In this document: piece after piece, positions 11,040-20,125 of the stretch
How the letters are laid out: every line of letters begins with the position of its first letter
Numbering within the stretch: position 1 is the first letter of the stretch
Assembly (NCBI GenBank): GCA_964539415.1
Contig: CAZIID010000003.1
Span: 1-38,250, forward strand
Length of the DNA stretch: 38,250 nt
Reading direction: 5' to 3'
From: an uncultured Candidatus Saccharibacteria bacterium
GTDB taxonomy: Bacteria > Patescibacteriota > Minisyncoccia > Phycocordibacterales > GWA1-40-21
The notes under the pieces: model-generated
What the model saw: the letters and a program-made list of their open reading frames with translations, nothing else
Told to the model about the DNA's origin: nothing
Databases searched by the model: none
Program-made: the position numbers and the translations under genes

Positions 11040-11080
11040 CCTTTTGACCCCTTGACCAGACACTATATATGACTCAGAAA

Positions 11081-11293
11081 TTATTCTTCTCTAATCCATT
11101 CAAAACGAGGTTTTACTACTCCCTCAACCTCAACATTTTCTAAAAACATTCCCAAAGGTCTAACCCAAAATCCTCTATCTCCATAAAGGGCTTGATATAC
11201 AACTAGATCCTCCAGTGTTTCTGAATGTCTCGCTTGAGCAATTACTTTATACTCATTACCTTTATAATGTTTGTAAATTCCAAGTTTTATCAT
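11081..11293 (-). CDS. DUF1653 family protein
   Basis: YKHYKGNEY, ARHSET, VVYQALYG, WVRP, PRF. Confidence 0.9.
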   Translation of the reverse strand: MIKLGIYKHYKGNEYKVIAQARHSETLEDLVVYQALYGDRGFWVRPLGMFLENVEVEGVVKPRFEWIREE

Positions 11294-11296
11294 ACC

Positions 11297-13783
11297 CTAA
11301 ATACCGTGACATTTCTTGAACTTCTTCCCACTTCCACAATAACAAAGATCATTTCTACCTATTTTTTCATGGTCTGTTTTTGAGCCGACAACCACATTAG
11401 TGTCTTCCTTTCCTTCTGCTCCAGCTTCTTTCATATATTTCTGAGTATCTTTTAGTTTTTGTTCTTCTTGCACAAAAGCACCAGCACCAATATGTGGCAA
11501 AAGACCTACCACCTGTTCCTTCACGGCTTCCTGCATTTCCTTAAATAATCTGAGTCCGTCTTTTTTATATTCAACAAGCGGGTCTCTTTGTCCGTAAGCT
11601 CTCAAATTTACGCTTGAACGCAAATAGTCCATAACCTCAAGGTGATCAACCCAAAACATATCTACAGCTTGGAGCATTATTATTCTTGCAATTCGGTAAA
11701 ATTCCGCTTCGCCAATCTGTTTTTTCTTTTCTTCAACCCCTTTTATAACTTCTTCATTACCAGAAATTATTTCATCTAATTTTTCTTTTATGTCTGCTAT
11801 ATTTCCAATCAAAACTTTTCTCCTTCTTTCGTAAACAGTTTTTCTTTGGAAGTTTAAAACATCATCATAATCAAGTATATGTTTTCTAGCATCAAAATTA
11901 AAACCTTCTATTTTTGTCTGAGCACTTTCAAGAGATCTTGTGATGAATGAATTTTCTATCGCTTCATCTTCAGGTATTCCAAATCTTCCCATCATCTTTT
12001 TTACTGCATCGTTTGCAAATATCCTCATTAGAGAATCCTCCATTGAAACATAAAACTGAGTCTTACCTGGATCTCCCTGTCTTCCTGCTCTTCCTCGTAG
12101 CTGGTTATCTATTCTTCTTGCTTCATGTCTTTCTGTACCGATAACACAAAGTCCTCCAAGGCCTTTTATCTTCTCATATTCTTCATTATCAAATGGAACT
12201 CCACCAAGTTTTATATCCACACCTCTACCAGCCATGTTTGTCGCAACAGTAACCGCACCAAATTTTCCAGCTTGAGCTACTATCTCTCCTTCTTTCTCAT
12301 GGTTTTTAGCATTTAATACGCAATGAGTAATTCCTTCTCTCTGTAAGTATCCAGAAAGTTCTTCATTTTTCTCAATTGAAACTGTACCTATAAGCACAGG
12401 CTGACCTGTGGCGTTTATTTTTTTTACGTCTCTTGCAAGAGCTTTTAATTTTCCGTGTTCAGTTTGAAATATAAGGTCATTTAAATCACTCCTTGCTATT
12501 GATTTGTTTGTTGGTACAAGCAAAGTGTCTGTATGATAGACTTTCAAAAATTCTTCCGCTGAAGTAAGTGCTGTTCCTGTCATACCAGAAAGCTTCTTAT
12601 ACATTCTAAAATAATTTTGGAATGTAATAGAAGCAAAAGTTCTTGATTCTTTTTGAACCTTTACACCTTCTTTGGACTCTATAGCTTGATGCAAACCTTC
12701 TGACCATCTTCTACCTGGCTGAAGTCTTCCAGTAAATTCATCAACAATGATTATTTCATCTTCCTTTACTACATAATCTTTATTCAATTCAAAAAGCGCC
12801 TTAGCTCTAACAGCGGTTTCTAAATGATGTACGTATTTGATACCACCATCTGTATATATATTTTCAACACCTAAAGATTTTTCTGCTCTGTTTATTCCAG
12901 CATCTGTCAGCTGTATCGCCTTCATCTTTTCATCTACAGTAAAATCTACATCTTTAACAAAATTTCTAACAATTTTTGTGAAGACATCGTAAAGACTTTC
13001 TGAATCTTGAGTTGGAGCAGATATAATAAGAGGCGTTCTTGCTTCATCAATCAAAATAGAGTCAACTTCATCTACAACTGCAAAGTGATAATCTCTTTGT
13101 CTAAGTTTATCAATTTCATATTCAATATTGTCTCGGAGATAATCAAAACCATATTCATTATTTGTTCCGTAAGTTATATCAGCAAGATAAGATTCCTTTC
13201 TTGTACAAGGTCTCAAAAATTCATAAACAATTTTAAAAGATCCCAATTCATCTCTTTTTTCATCTAGTGGATCTTTTTCTGACTGGTGACTTGGATCATA
13301 AAGAAATGAAGACTCATGATTAATTACCCCAACTGACAAGCCTAGAAAAGAATAAATTTGTCCCATCCAAACAGCGTCTCTTCTTGATAAATAGTCGTTA
13401 ACTGTAACTATGTGAACTCCTTTTCCTTCAAGTGCATTTAGATATGCAGGAAGAGTTGCAACAAGAGTTTTTCCTTCTCCAGTTCGCATTTCAGCGATAT
13501 TTCCTCTGTGTAGAATAATTCCACCCATAAGTTGAACGTCAAAATGTCTTTGACCCAAAGTTCTTTTTGAAGCCTCTCTAACGATGGCAAAAGCTTCTGG
13601 TAATATGGAATCAAGAGTTTCTCCTTTTGATATTCTTGTTTTAAATTCTACTGTCTTTGCTCTTACTTCTTCATCTGAAAGTTTAGAAAAAGATTCCTCA
13701 AAAGCATTGATTTGCTTAATCAATGGCTCTAAAGTCTTCATGTATCGGCTCTGTCTGTCTCCAAATATATTGCTTAAAAACAT
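11297..13783 (-). CDS. secA: Preprotein translocase ATPase SecA (start re-assigned to ATG 13783, MFLSNIF)
   Basis: MRTGEGKT, DEVDSILIDEARTPLIIS, TNMAGRG, QLRGRAGRQGDPG, C-terminal SEC-C (CYCGSGKKFKKCH). Confidence 0.97.
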   Translation of the reverse strand: MFLSNIFGDRQSRYMKTLEPLIKQINAFEESFSKLSDEEVRAKTVEFKTRISKGETLDSILPEAFAIVREASKRTLGQRHFDVQLMGGIILHRGNIAEMRTGEGKTLVATLPAYLNALEGKGVHIVTVNDYLSRRDAVWMGQIYSFLGLSVGVINHESSFLYDPSHQSEKDPLDEKRDELGSFKIVYEFLRPCTRKESYLADITYGTNNEYGFDYLRDNIEYEIDKLRQRDYHFAVVDEVDSILIDEARTPLIISAPTQDSESLYDVFTKIVRNFVKDVDFTVDEKMKAIQLTDAGINRAEKSLGVENIYTDGGIKYVHHLETAVRAKALFELNKDYVVKEDEIIIVDEFTGRLQPGRRWSEGLHQAIESKEGVKVQKESRTFASITFQNYFRMYKKLSGMTGTALTSAEEFLKVYHTDTLLVPTNKSIARSDLNDLIFQTEHGKLKALARDVKKINATGQPVLIGTVSIEKNEELSGYLQREGITHCVLNAKNHEKEGEIVAQAGKFGAVTVATNMAGRGVDIKLGGVPFDNEEYEKIKGLGGLCVIGTERHEARRIDNQLRGRAGRQGDPGKTQFYVSMEDSLMRIFANDAVKKMMGRFGIPEDEAIENSFITRSLESAQTKIEGFNFDARKHILDYDDVLNFQRKTVYERRRKVLIGNIADIKEKLDEIISGNEEVIKGVEEKKKQIGEAEFYRIARIIMLQAVDMFWVDHLEVMDYLRSSVNLRAYGQRDPLVEYKKDGLRLFKEMQEAVKEQVVGLLPHIGAGAFVQEEQKLKDTQKYMKEAGAEGKEDTNVVVGSKTDHEKIGRNDLCYCGSGKKFKKCHGI

Positions 13784-13800
13784 AGGGTTATAATAGCACA

Positions 13801-13834
13801 AAAAAGAAAACCGCCAAACGGCGGTTTTCTTTTT
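13801..13834. terminator. Bidirectional intrinsic terminator downstream of the micro-ORF
   Basis: 15-bp perfect IR AAAAAGAAAACCGCC-aaac-GGCGGTTTTCTTTTT. Confidence 0.85.
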
Positions 13835-13847
13835 AAAAGGATTGATA

Positions 13848-13919
13848 TTATCTCTTCTTCTTAGCTACTTTCTTTACAGCTTTCTTAGCTGCCTTCTTTG
13901 CTTTCTTTTTTGCTGCCAT
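13848..13919 (-). CDS. 23-aa Lys/Ala-rich histone-H1-like micropeptide MAAKKKAKKAAKKAVKKVAKKKR (not in ORF track)
   Basis: Hand-translated ATG..TAA; varied synonymous codons; upstream TGC-TAATAT (13996-14004) and downstream terminator. Confidence 0.8.
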   Translation of the reverse strand: MAAKKKAKKAAKKAVKKVAKKKR

Positions 13920-14131
13920 TTTAGTTTTTCTAAAACTTTATTTTAGAAATGAATTATTTTTTTTAAAGCCTAAGACATCTTATCGACTTGCTAAAATATT
14001 AGCACAAGATATCTGACACTTATAATTTTATAACAAGCAGAAAAAAATACAATAGTTTTTTATCATTTTGTTTTAATTTAAAATTAATTTCTAAAAAAAC
14101 TTTTTTCAAAATAAAAATAAAATAAATTTCA

Positions 14132-15151
14132 TTAAACAAATTCAACTTCTTCTTCCAAAAATAATCCAGTTTTTTCTTTTACAATATTTTTTATATATTC
14201 AGAAAATATTTTTATATCAGAAGTTTTTGCTTTGCCATAATTTACTATAACTAATGCTTGTTTTTCGTATACGCCAACATCCCCTTTTCTATAGCCCTTT
14301 AATAGACATATTTTATCTAAAACAAAACCCAAAGGTATCTTTACACGCTCTTCATCTAAATCAAACTTAGGAAGTAACGGAAACTTTTCTAAAAGTTTTT
14401 TGTAATTTTCTTTAGTTAAAATTGGATTTTTAAAAAACGAACCAGCACTTCCAAGATCTTTTATTTCAGGTAATTTATTTTTTCTAAAATCAATTATTTT
14501 ATTTCTGATATCATCAACAGAAAAGTTATCCACAGTTTTATTTGAAAAAATATTTTTTAATTCTGAATATTTTAAATTCGCAAAAAACTTTTTTGATAAT
14601 TTATATGAGGCAGAAAGTACAATTAAAGTTTTTTTATTTTTAAATAAACTATTTCTGTACTCAAAATTGCAATCTTTGTTTGATAAAGAAAAAACAGTAA
14701 AATTTTCTATATCTAAGACTTCAACTTCTTCTATAAAATCTTTTACTTCTGCTCCGTAAGCTCCAATATTCTGTACAGCAGAAGCACCAACAGTTCCTGG
14801 TATATTAGAGAGATTTTCAAGCCCATAGAGTTTATTCTTTATAGAAAAAGAAACAATTTCATCCCAGTTTTCTCCTGCACCACACTTTAATATTGAAAAA
14901 TTATTATCAACTTCAATGATCCCCCTTCCCATCATTTCATTTTTTATAATCAAACCATCAAAACCACCATCAGAAAAAATAGTATTTGAACCTCCGCCTA
15001 AAACAAAAAACTTCAAAGAGTTATCTTTACAAAAAACAACAGCCTCTTTTAATTCATTTAAGTTTTTAATAACACAGAAAAAACGAGCATCCCCGCCCGT
15101 TCTCATTGTGCAAAAATTCGCTAGTCTTACTTTTTCTTTTATATCAAGCAA
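14132..15151 (-). CDS. murB: UDP-N-acetylenolpyruvoylglucosamine reductase
   Basis: GGGSN, GLENLSNIPGTVGA, QNIGAYG, YRNS, SAGSFFKNP; TTG start. Confidence 0.95.
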   Translation of the reverse strand: MLDIKEKVRLANFCTMRTGGDARFFCVIKNLNELKEAVVFCKDNSLKFFVLGGGSNTIFSDGGFDGLIIKNEMMGRGIIEVDNNFSILKCGAGENWDEIVSFSIKNKLYGLENLSNIPGTVGASAVQNIGAYGAEVKDFIEEVEVLDIENFTVFSLSNKDCNFEYRNSLFKNKKTLIVLSASYKLSKKFFANLKYSELKNIFSNKTVDNFSVDDIRNKIIDFRKNKLPEIKDLGSAGSFFKNPILTKENYKKLLEKFPLLPKFDLDEERVKIPLGFVLDKICLLKGYRKGDVGVYEKQALVIVNYGKAKTSDIKIFSEYIKNIVKEKTGLFLEEEVEFV

Positions 15152-15160
15152 GTTATTTAT

Positions 15161-15260
15161 ATTATTCCAACTTATGACCGGCGGGGGCTAACCTCCAAAA
15201 AATGTCTTTATGTGAGTGCAACCGCCGGTCGTAACTTGAAACAATCTTTTCTGAATGAAC
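15161..15260 (-). ncRNA. Putative small RNA or structured leader 'RNA1' (long imperfect hairpin with ~37-nt loop)
   Basis: Arms 15161-15184 / 15222-15245 (core GACCGGCGG/CCGCCGGTC); outer stem has G-U pairs on the minus strand; TGA-TATAGT at 15267-15275; 9-bp IR 15286-15317 over the -35 region. Confidence 0.5.
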
Positions 15261-15367
15261 TTTTATACTATATCATATATTAAAATACATTTCACATAAA
15301 TATTCCATGAAATGTACCCAAAAAAGTAACGAACAAAGTGGAACTTCAATCTATTTCCTTAATTCCA

Positions 15368-15441
15368 GAAACGTAAAGCCCCACCGAAGTGGGGCTACAC
15401 GTAGACATTCGTTAGGGCTAACACATTGCTAGCACTCACAA
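15368..15441 (-). ncRNA. Putative ~70-nt small RNA 'RNA2' (or 14-aa leaderless micro-ORF) with own promoter and UUCG terminator
   Basis: TGA-TATAAT at 15447-15455; 5' hairpin GCUAGCA-AUG-UGUUAGC (G-U on minus); AGCCCCAC-UUCG-GUGGGGCU-UU at 15375-15396. Confidence 0.6.
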
Positions 15442-15475
15442 ACTGTATTATATCACATATAGAAATAAAAGCAAA

Positions 15476-17641
15476 TTATTCGTATTGCAGGGTTTTAGAC
15501 CAAATAGCGTTTATCATTTTCTTTCCTTCAATTTCAAAAGAAGGATTCATTTTTATAGCTTTATTTATTTCCCCTACTGACTGAGACAGTAATCCTTGCT
15601 TATAATAATCCACAGCTCTTACAGTATAAGCTCTTGTTATATTTTCATCAGAAGCTTGTGAAGTATTTATAAGTTCCAAGGCACTTTTCTCATCACCGCT
15701 CATAATAAGCATAGACGCATAAAGAATTTTTGGTTTATCAATACTCTTATCAAGCTCATACACCATCTTCGCTTCGTCTCTAGCTTTTTCTTTTTCTCCC
15801 AAATTTATATAACTCTGTATAAGCTCAAAAGCTATTGTTTGCTTGTTAGGTGAAAGCTCTTTTGCTTTTTCCAAGAAAGGCATCGCTAAGTCTGATCTTC
15901 CGATGTTGTTTAACATTGAACCAGTAAATAATTGATATCTAGCATCATTTGGAGTTTTAAGTATCTGTTCATGCATTTCTTCCAAAGCATAATTTATATA
16001 AGCGAGTTTTGTTTCGTTTGTGACTCCTTTAGAAAAACCAACTTTTTGTGACATGTTGAGCAACTGTTCTCTAATCTCAGGATTTGCAAAAGTTTTATAA
16101 GCTATCGCTTTCTTAAAAGACTCCATGGTCTGCTCTGCTGTTAAGGCAACAACTTTTTTGTCCTTTACGCTATATTCTTGAGCGCTCATAGCTTTTATCA
16201 AAAATGTATTCGCCATGATCGGACGAATATTCACCCACCACAAAGTAAAGCCGAGCATAAGAACAATAATAATAGCTAAAATATTTTTTAAGTCTTCACT
16301 CATTTCAAAATCTTCATATTTTTTTGGGACCTTAATCAAATCTTCTTTTCCATCTGTCTCCGTAAAATATAAATAAGACAAAACAGTAAAGAACAAGAAA
16401 TAACTAACTAGATTGTCAAAAACAAAAAGATTCTGGAAGAAATACGCTGCTAGAAGTCCAACAATTAGTGCTTTCTCAAATACTTCTCTTTTACTTTTCC
16501 AGACAACGTAAAGGCAAGAAATAAATATTGCTAAATACGAAAGCAGTCCAAGTGCTCCACCTGCGACAAGCATATCGAGTGGCATATTGTGCGCCCTATC
16601 AAACCAAGATTCCTGACCATACATTCTTGGATCATAATATTTATTAAATACATAATTAAATCCATCCTGTCCCCATCCTAAAATTGGTTTCTCAATAAAT
16701 CCTTTAATAGCCATTGGCCAAACATATTGTCTGGCTTGACCCTGAAGAGATACGTTACTCCAAGATATCGCAGAAAGTCTATTTAGAGTTGGATTACTCT
16801 TTATCCAGCTCATATCCTTTACCACAAAGAAAGCACCGACAATAAGAATTATTGCTAAAATTTTAATTATTGAAACCCTCTTCATTACAGACTCTTTCTT
16901 TTCCCAGATAGCAGAAATAATAAAGGTTACAAGTATTCCTCCCAAGAAACCTAAAATAACTCCTCTTGTTTGTGTTTTCCAAATACCCCAAAAATTTAAT
17001 AGCGCAATTAAAATGTATGCATAAAATTTCCAATCGCCCAACCATCTTTTTACCATAATCCAAGAACCGATTACATTTTTTTTAATAACATCTTTATATA
17101 GAAGAATCAAAGCAAAGAAAATATTAAAAAGAAAATATACAGCTATATAAATGGCGTTACCAAGTGGACCAGAAATTCTAACAAGTGGGTCTGCAGCTTC
17201 TTTACTAGAAACTACTTTCACTAACATAAAGAGGCTGGCAACAACTGAAGATCTAAAAAACCAAAGCCAGTTTTCTTCACTCTTCATTACAGTTCCAAAA
17301 ACAACAAGATAAGCCCAAAGATGAACAAGTGTGACAAAACCATCCATTCTCTCAAAGTTACTCCAAAGAGCTTTTGTTGGTGCTACAGCAAAAATATCTG
17401 CAAGAAGCATCACTAAAGTAAAAGCAGAAACAGAAATTAAAATCCAAGAAAACTTTGGTCTATACTCTTTATAATTTATAGCCAAAACTAAATATAGTGC
17501 AAAAATAATTTCTACGATTATTCTAAAGGCGAAATTCTTTCCTGTGATATAAGGGAAAAACATACTATTCGCCACAAAAAATGGTATTAGTAGCACCCCC
17601 CAAAGACCTGCAATAATACTGTATTTTAATATTTCTTTCAT
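15476..17641 (-). CDS. O-antigen ligase / O-oligosaccharyltransferase-like (Wzy_C) membrane protein with C-terminal TPR-like repeats
   Basis: Many TM helices; GN..Y, TQTRG, R..W..KPILGWG, DRAHN..LD..G motifs; helical C-terminus. Confidence 0.85.
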   Translation of the reverse strand: MKEILKYSIIAGLWGVLLIPFFVANSMFFPYITGKNFAFRIIVEIIFALYLVLAINYKEYRPKFSWILISVSAFTLVMLLADIFAVAPTKALWSNFERMDGFVTLVHLWAYLVVFGTVMKSEENWLWFFRSSVVASLFMLVKVVSSKEAADPLVRISGPLGNAIYIAVYFLFNIFFALILLYKDVIKKNVIGSWIMVKRWLGDWKFYAYILIALLNFWGIWKTQTRGVILGFLGGILVTFIISAIWEKKESVMKRVSIIKILAIILIVGAFFVVKDMSWIKSNPTLNRLSAISWSNVSLQGQARQYVWPMAIKGFIEKPILGWGQDGFNYVFNKYYDPRMYGQESWFDRAHNMPLDMLVAGGALGLLSYLAIFISCLYVVWKSKREVFEKALIVGLLAAYFFQNLFVFDNLVSYFLFFTVLSYLYFTETDGKEDLIKVPKKYEDFEMSEDLKNILAIIIVLMLGFTLWWVNIRPIMANTFLIKAMSAQEYSVKDKKVVALTAEQTMESFKKAIAYKTFANPEIREQLLNMSQKVGFSKGVTNETKLAYINYALEEMHEQILKTPNDARYQLFTGSMLNNIGRSDLAMPFLEKAKELSPNKQTIAFELIQSYINLGEKEKARDEAKMVYELDKSIDKPKILYASMLIMSGDEKSALELINTSQASDENITRAYTVRAVDYYKQGLLSQSVGEINKAIKMNPSFEIEGKKMINAIWSKTLQYE

Positions 17642-17656
17642 AATAATAATTAATTA

Positions 17657-18736
17657 CTAATAATTTTCTATATACGGCTCTATTAAAAGCGTGTTGGGTT
17701 TCTTTAAAAACCGATTTCTTTTTGCTTTATCGTCAAAAATATATAGAGCATACCCTCCATGCCCACCGCCACAATACTTCTTTGCTTTCTCATTAAAAGT
17801 CGGCAACTTAGACATACCCTCTTTTAGTTGTACTTGATAGGAAATTTTTACAGCCTTACATATTTCATTAAAATTTTTTCCATAAATACCTCCGCATGCT
17901 ATTTTACCAGCTTTTTCTATTTGATCATAATCTCTTTTTAGATCAACATTACTTGGGGTGTTGTGAGTTTTATCTGTCCAAAGAAGAGCCATCTTACCAA
18001 AAAGAAAATCAGGGTTAATCTTTACTTCTAAAACAGGAATTTTCCCACTTCTCCACGCGCATAAACCAGTCTCGACTATAACCGCTGGATCCTGCCAACC
18101 TACTCCAAGATCTAGTTCAGAAGCAATGCAGTCATTTCCACAAAGCAGCGCATACCCCGCTGATCCTCCAAGCCCTGCTCCTTTGTTATATTTCCAATCA
18201 TCAAGTTTTACTTTTGGGGTAATAGTACAGTTTGCGACAAAAGCCCCGTCTCTAGAAAACTTTGGGACGTCTAGCCATCCTCCTGCGAAGTCTATTCTTA
18301 AAGGCACTTCATTTGGAACATTTATTCTTCTACGGATTTCTGTTGTCGAAATCTTTTCAAAAGATAGACTCTTTGGTAACTGGACATATTTTGCACCATA
18401 CTTTTTACAAAACTTAATTTTCTCTTTTGCATGCTTGTCATCTTCGGTAGCAGCAAGAATGTCAGGCTTCATTTTTATAAAAATATCTTTAAAATCAAAA
18501 ATTGGGTCATCAAGATTCTCCCCCATAACAACCTCGTCTACAAAAGAAATAGATTCGAGGAGGTATTTCTTATGCACTTCCGGTAAAGCCGATTTCCTAC
18601 CTTTATATTTTTGCAAGACTACATCGCTAGCAAAAGAAACAATAAGATAATCACCCAAGGCTTTTGCCTGTTTAAAAAACTCTACATGCCCTGCGTGAAG
18701 GATGTCATAGCATCCAGAAACAAAAACTTTTTTCAT
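17657..18736 (-). CDS. Fusion: cytidyltransferase-like (HIGH) nucleotidyltransferase + compact GHMP-type sugar kinase (start re-assigned to 18736, MKKVFV)
   Basis: GCYDILHAGH and ISTT; then PLRIDFAGGWLD, GAGLGGS, GWQDP, KYCGGGHGG. Confidence 0.8.
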   Translation of the reverse strand: MKKVFVSGCYDILHAGHVEFFKQAKALGDYLIVSFASDVVLQKYKGRKSALPEVHKKYLLESISFVDEVVMGENLDDPIFDFKDIFIKMKPDILAATEDDKHAKEKIKFCKKYGAKYVQLPKSLSFEKISTTEIRRRINVPNEVPLRIDFAGGWLDVPKFSRDGAFVANCTITPKVKLDDWKYNKGAGLGGSAGYALLCGNDCIASELDLGVGWQDPAVIVETGLCAWRSGKIPVLEVKINPDFLFGKMALLWTDKTHNTPSNVDLKRDYDQIEKAGKIACGGIYGKNFNEICKAVKISYQVQLKEGMSKLPTFNEKAKKYCGGGHGGYALYIFDDKAKRNRFLKKPNTLLIEPYIENY

Positions 18737-18749
18737 ATTTATTTGACTT

Positions 18750-18800
18750 ATATTACCACAGACAATCAATAGTGGAATAATACTGTGAAAATGGTAATAT
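18750..18800. promoter_or_regulatory. Back-to-back divergent extended -10 promoters (TGGTAATAT on each strand)
   Basis: ATATTACCA 18750-18758 / TGGTAATAT 18792-18800 between divergent genes. Confidence 0.6.
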
Positions 18801-18818
18801 TCTGGCTATAAAACCAAG

Positions 18819-20123
18819 ATGCCCACAATATCACTTAGCTACATAAAAGAAAAGTGGAATCATACTGGATTCCAGAGATATCTCAAAAACACAGGCTGGA
18901 TGTTTTTTGGTAGACTCTTCACTCTCGGTATTTCTTTTTTGGTTGGTATATATATAGCACGTTATCTTGGACCATCAAATTATGGGCTACTTAACTACGT
19001 TATGAGTTTTGTTGGATTGTTTGCTTTCTTAACATCTTTTGGGATAGATAGTATTGTAGGGAGAGAAATAATAAAAGACCATAATAAAAAGGATGAAATA
19101 ATAGGTACTGGATTTTATTTAAAAATAATCGGGAGTATATTAGCTATATTAAGCATATTTATCGTTTCTTTTTTCACGACAAAAGACTTTTTTACCCTAG
19201 GACTTATCTGGATTTTTTCTCTTAATTTTATCCCCTCAGCTTTTAATATAATAGAGATATATTTTCAATCACAAGTACTTTCAAGAAAAGTTGTTACTGC
19301 TCAAGTAATATCAAATATAATATCAGTGACTTTAAAAATTATCTGCATCACCTTTGGAAAAGGAATATTCTGGCTATCGGTTATTTATATAGCAGAAACA
19401 ACAATTTATGCGGTCATACTATTATTCTCATTTAGGAAATTTGGTAACCACATAAAAAGTTGGAAATTTAATACAGAAATTGCAAAATCTCTTTTGAAAG
19501 ACTCTTGGCCACTAATGCTTGCGTCAATTGCTATCGGTATATATATGAAAATAGACCAAGTTATGATAAAAAACATGCTCGGAAACGAACAATCTGGTGT
19601 TTATGCGGTGGCAGTAAAGCTTGCTGAAGCCTGGTATTTTATACCGATGCTGATATGCACTTCCATATCCCCATCTATAATAAATGCATTAAAGATTAGT
19701 AAAGAACTATTCGAAAAAAGACTTAAAAAACTATACTTCGCAATGTTTTGGTTGTCTTTTTCAATAGCTGGTGTAACTACAATTGCGGCCTACCCTGTAA
19801 TTAAAATATTATTTGGCACCCCTTACCTTGGGGCTGTACATACACTACAAATATATGTTTGGGCAGGTATAGGGGTTTCTTTAGGGGTTGCAATGAACCA
19901 ATATATACTCGCCCTAAATTTAACTAAAATTTCTTTTTACACAACGATACTCGGCGCTATCATAAATGTGATACTTAATCTCATTTTAATACCAAAGATA
20001 GGAATTATCGGAGCCGCAATAGCGACGCTAATATCGTACACAACTTCAACGTTAGGCGTTTTTATCTTTAAAAACACAAGGACTCACGGGGTTTTATTTT
20101 TAAAGGCAATCATTAATAAATAA
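18819..20123 (+). CDS. Wzx-type polysaccharide flippase
   Basis: ARYLGPSNYG, KIDQVMI..G.YAVA, NLILIPKIGIIGAAIAT; multi-TM. Confidence 0.9.
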   Translation: MPTISLSYIKEKWNHTGFQRYLKNTGWMFFGRLFTLGISFLVGIYIARYLGPSNYGLLNYVMSFVGLFAFLTSFGIDSIVGREIIKDHNKKDEIIGTGFYLKIIGSILAILSIFIVSFFTTKDFFTLGLIWIFSLNFIPSAFNIIEIYFQSQVLSRKVVTAQVISNIISVTLKIICITFGKGIFWLSVIYIAETTIYAVILLFSFRKFGNHIKSWKFNTEIAKSLLKDSWPLMLASIAIGIYMKIDQVMIKNMLGNEQSGVYAVAVKLAEAWYFIPMLICTSISPSIINALKISKELFEKRLKKLYFAMFWLSFSIAGVTTIAAYPVIKILFGTPYLGAVHTLQIYVWAGIGVSLGVAMNQYILALNLTKISFYTTILGAIINVILNLILIPKIGIIGAAIATLISYTTSTLGVFIFKNTRTHGVLFLKAIINK

Positions 20124-20125
20124 AA

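Noticed and set aside
13784-13801. Extended secA N-terminus MCYYNP
   Set aside because: Overlaps the terminator edge and the -10 box; ATG 13783 gives a typical SecA start
15161-15245. SRP RNA, 6S RNA or tRNA identity for the hairpin
   Set aside because: No SRP GGAA tetraloop motif, too short for canonical 6S, no cloverleaf or T-loop
15430-15456. TAGCACTC resembling CIRCE
   Set aside because: Only one half-site; no GAGTGCTAA after 9 nt and no chaperone gene downstream
18126-18650. 174-aa plus-strand ORF and the other short antisense or nested ORFs in the track
   Set aside because: Shadow frames of well-supported genes, with no recognisable motifs
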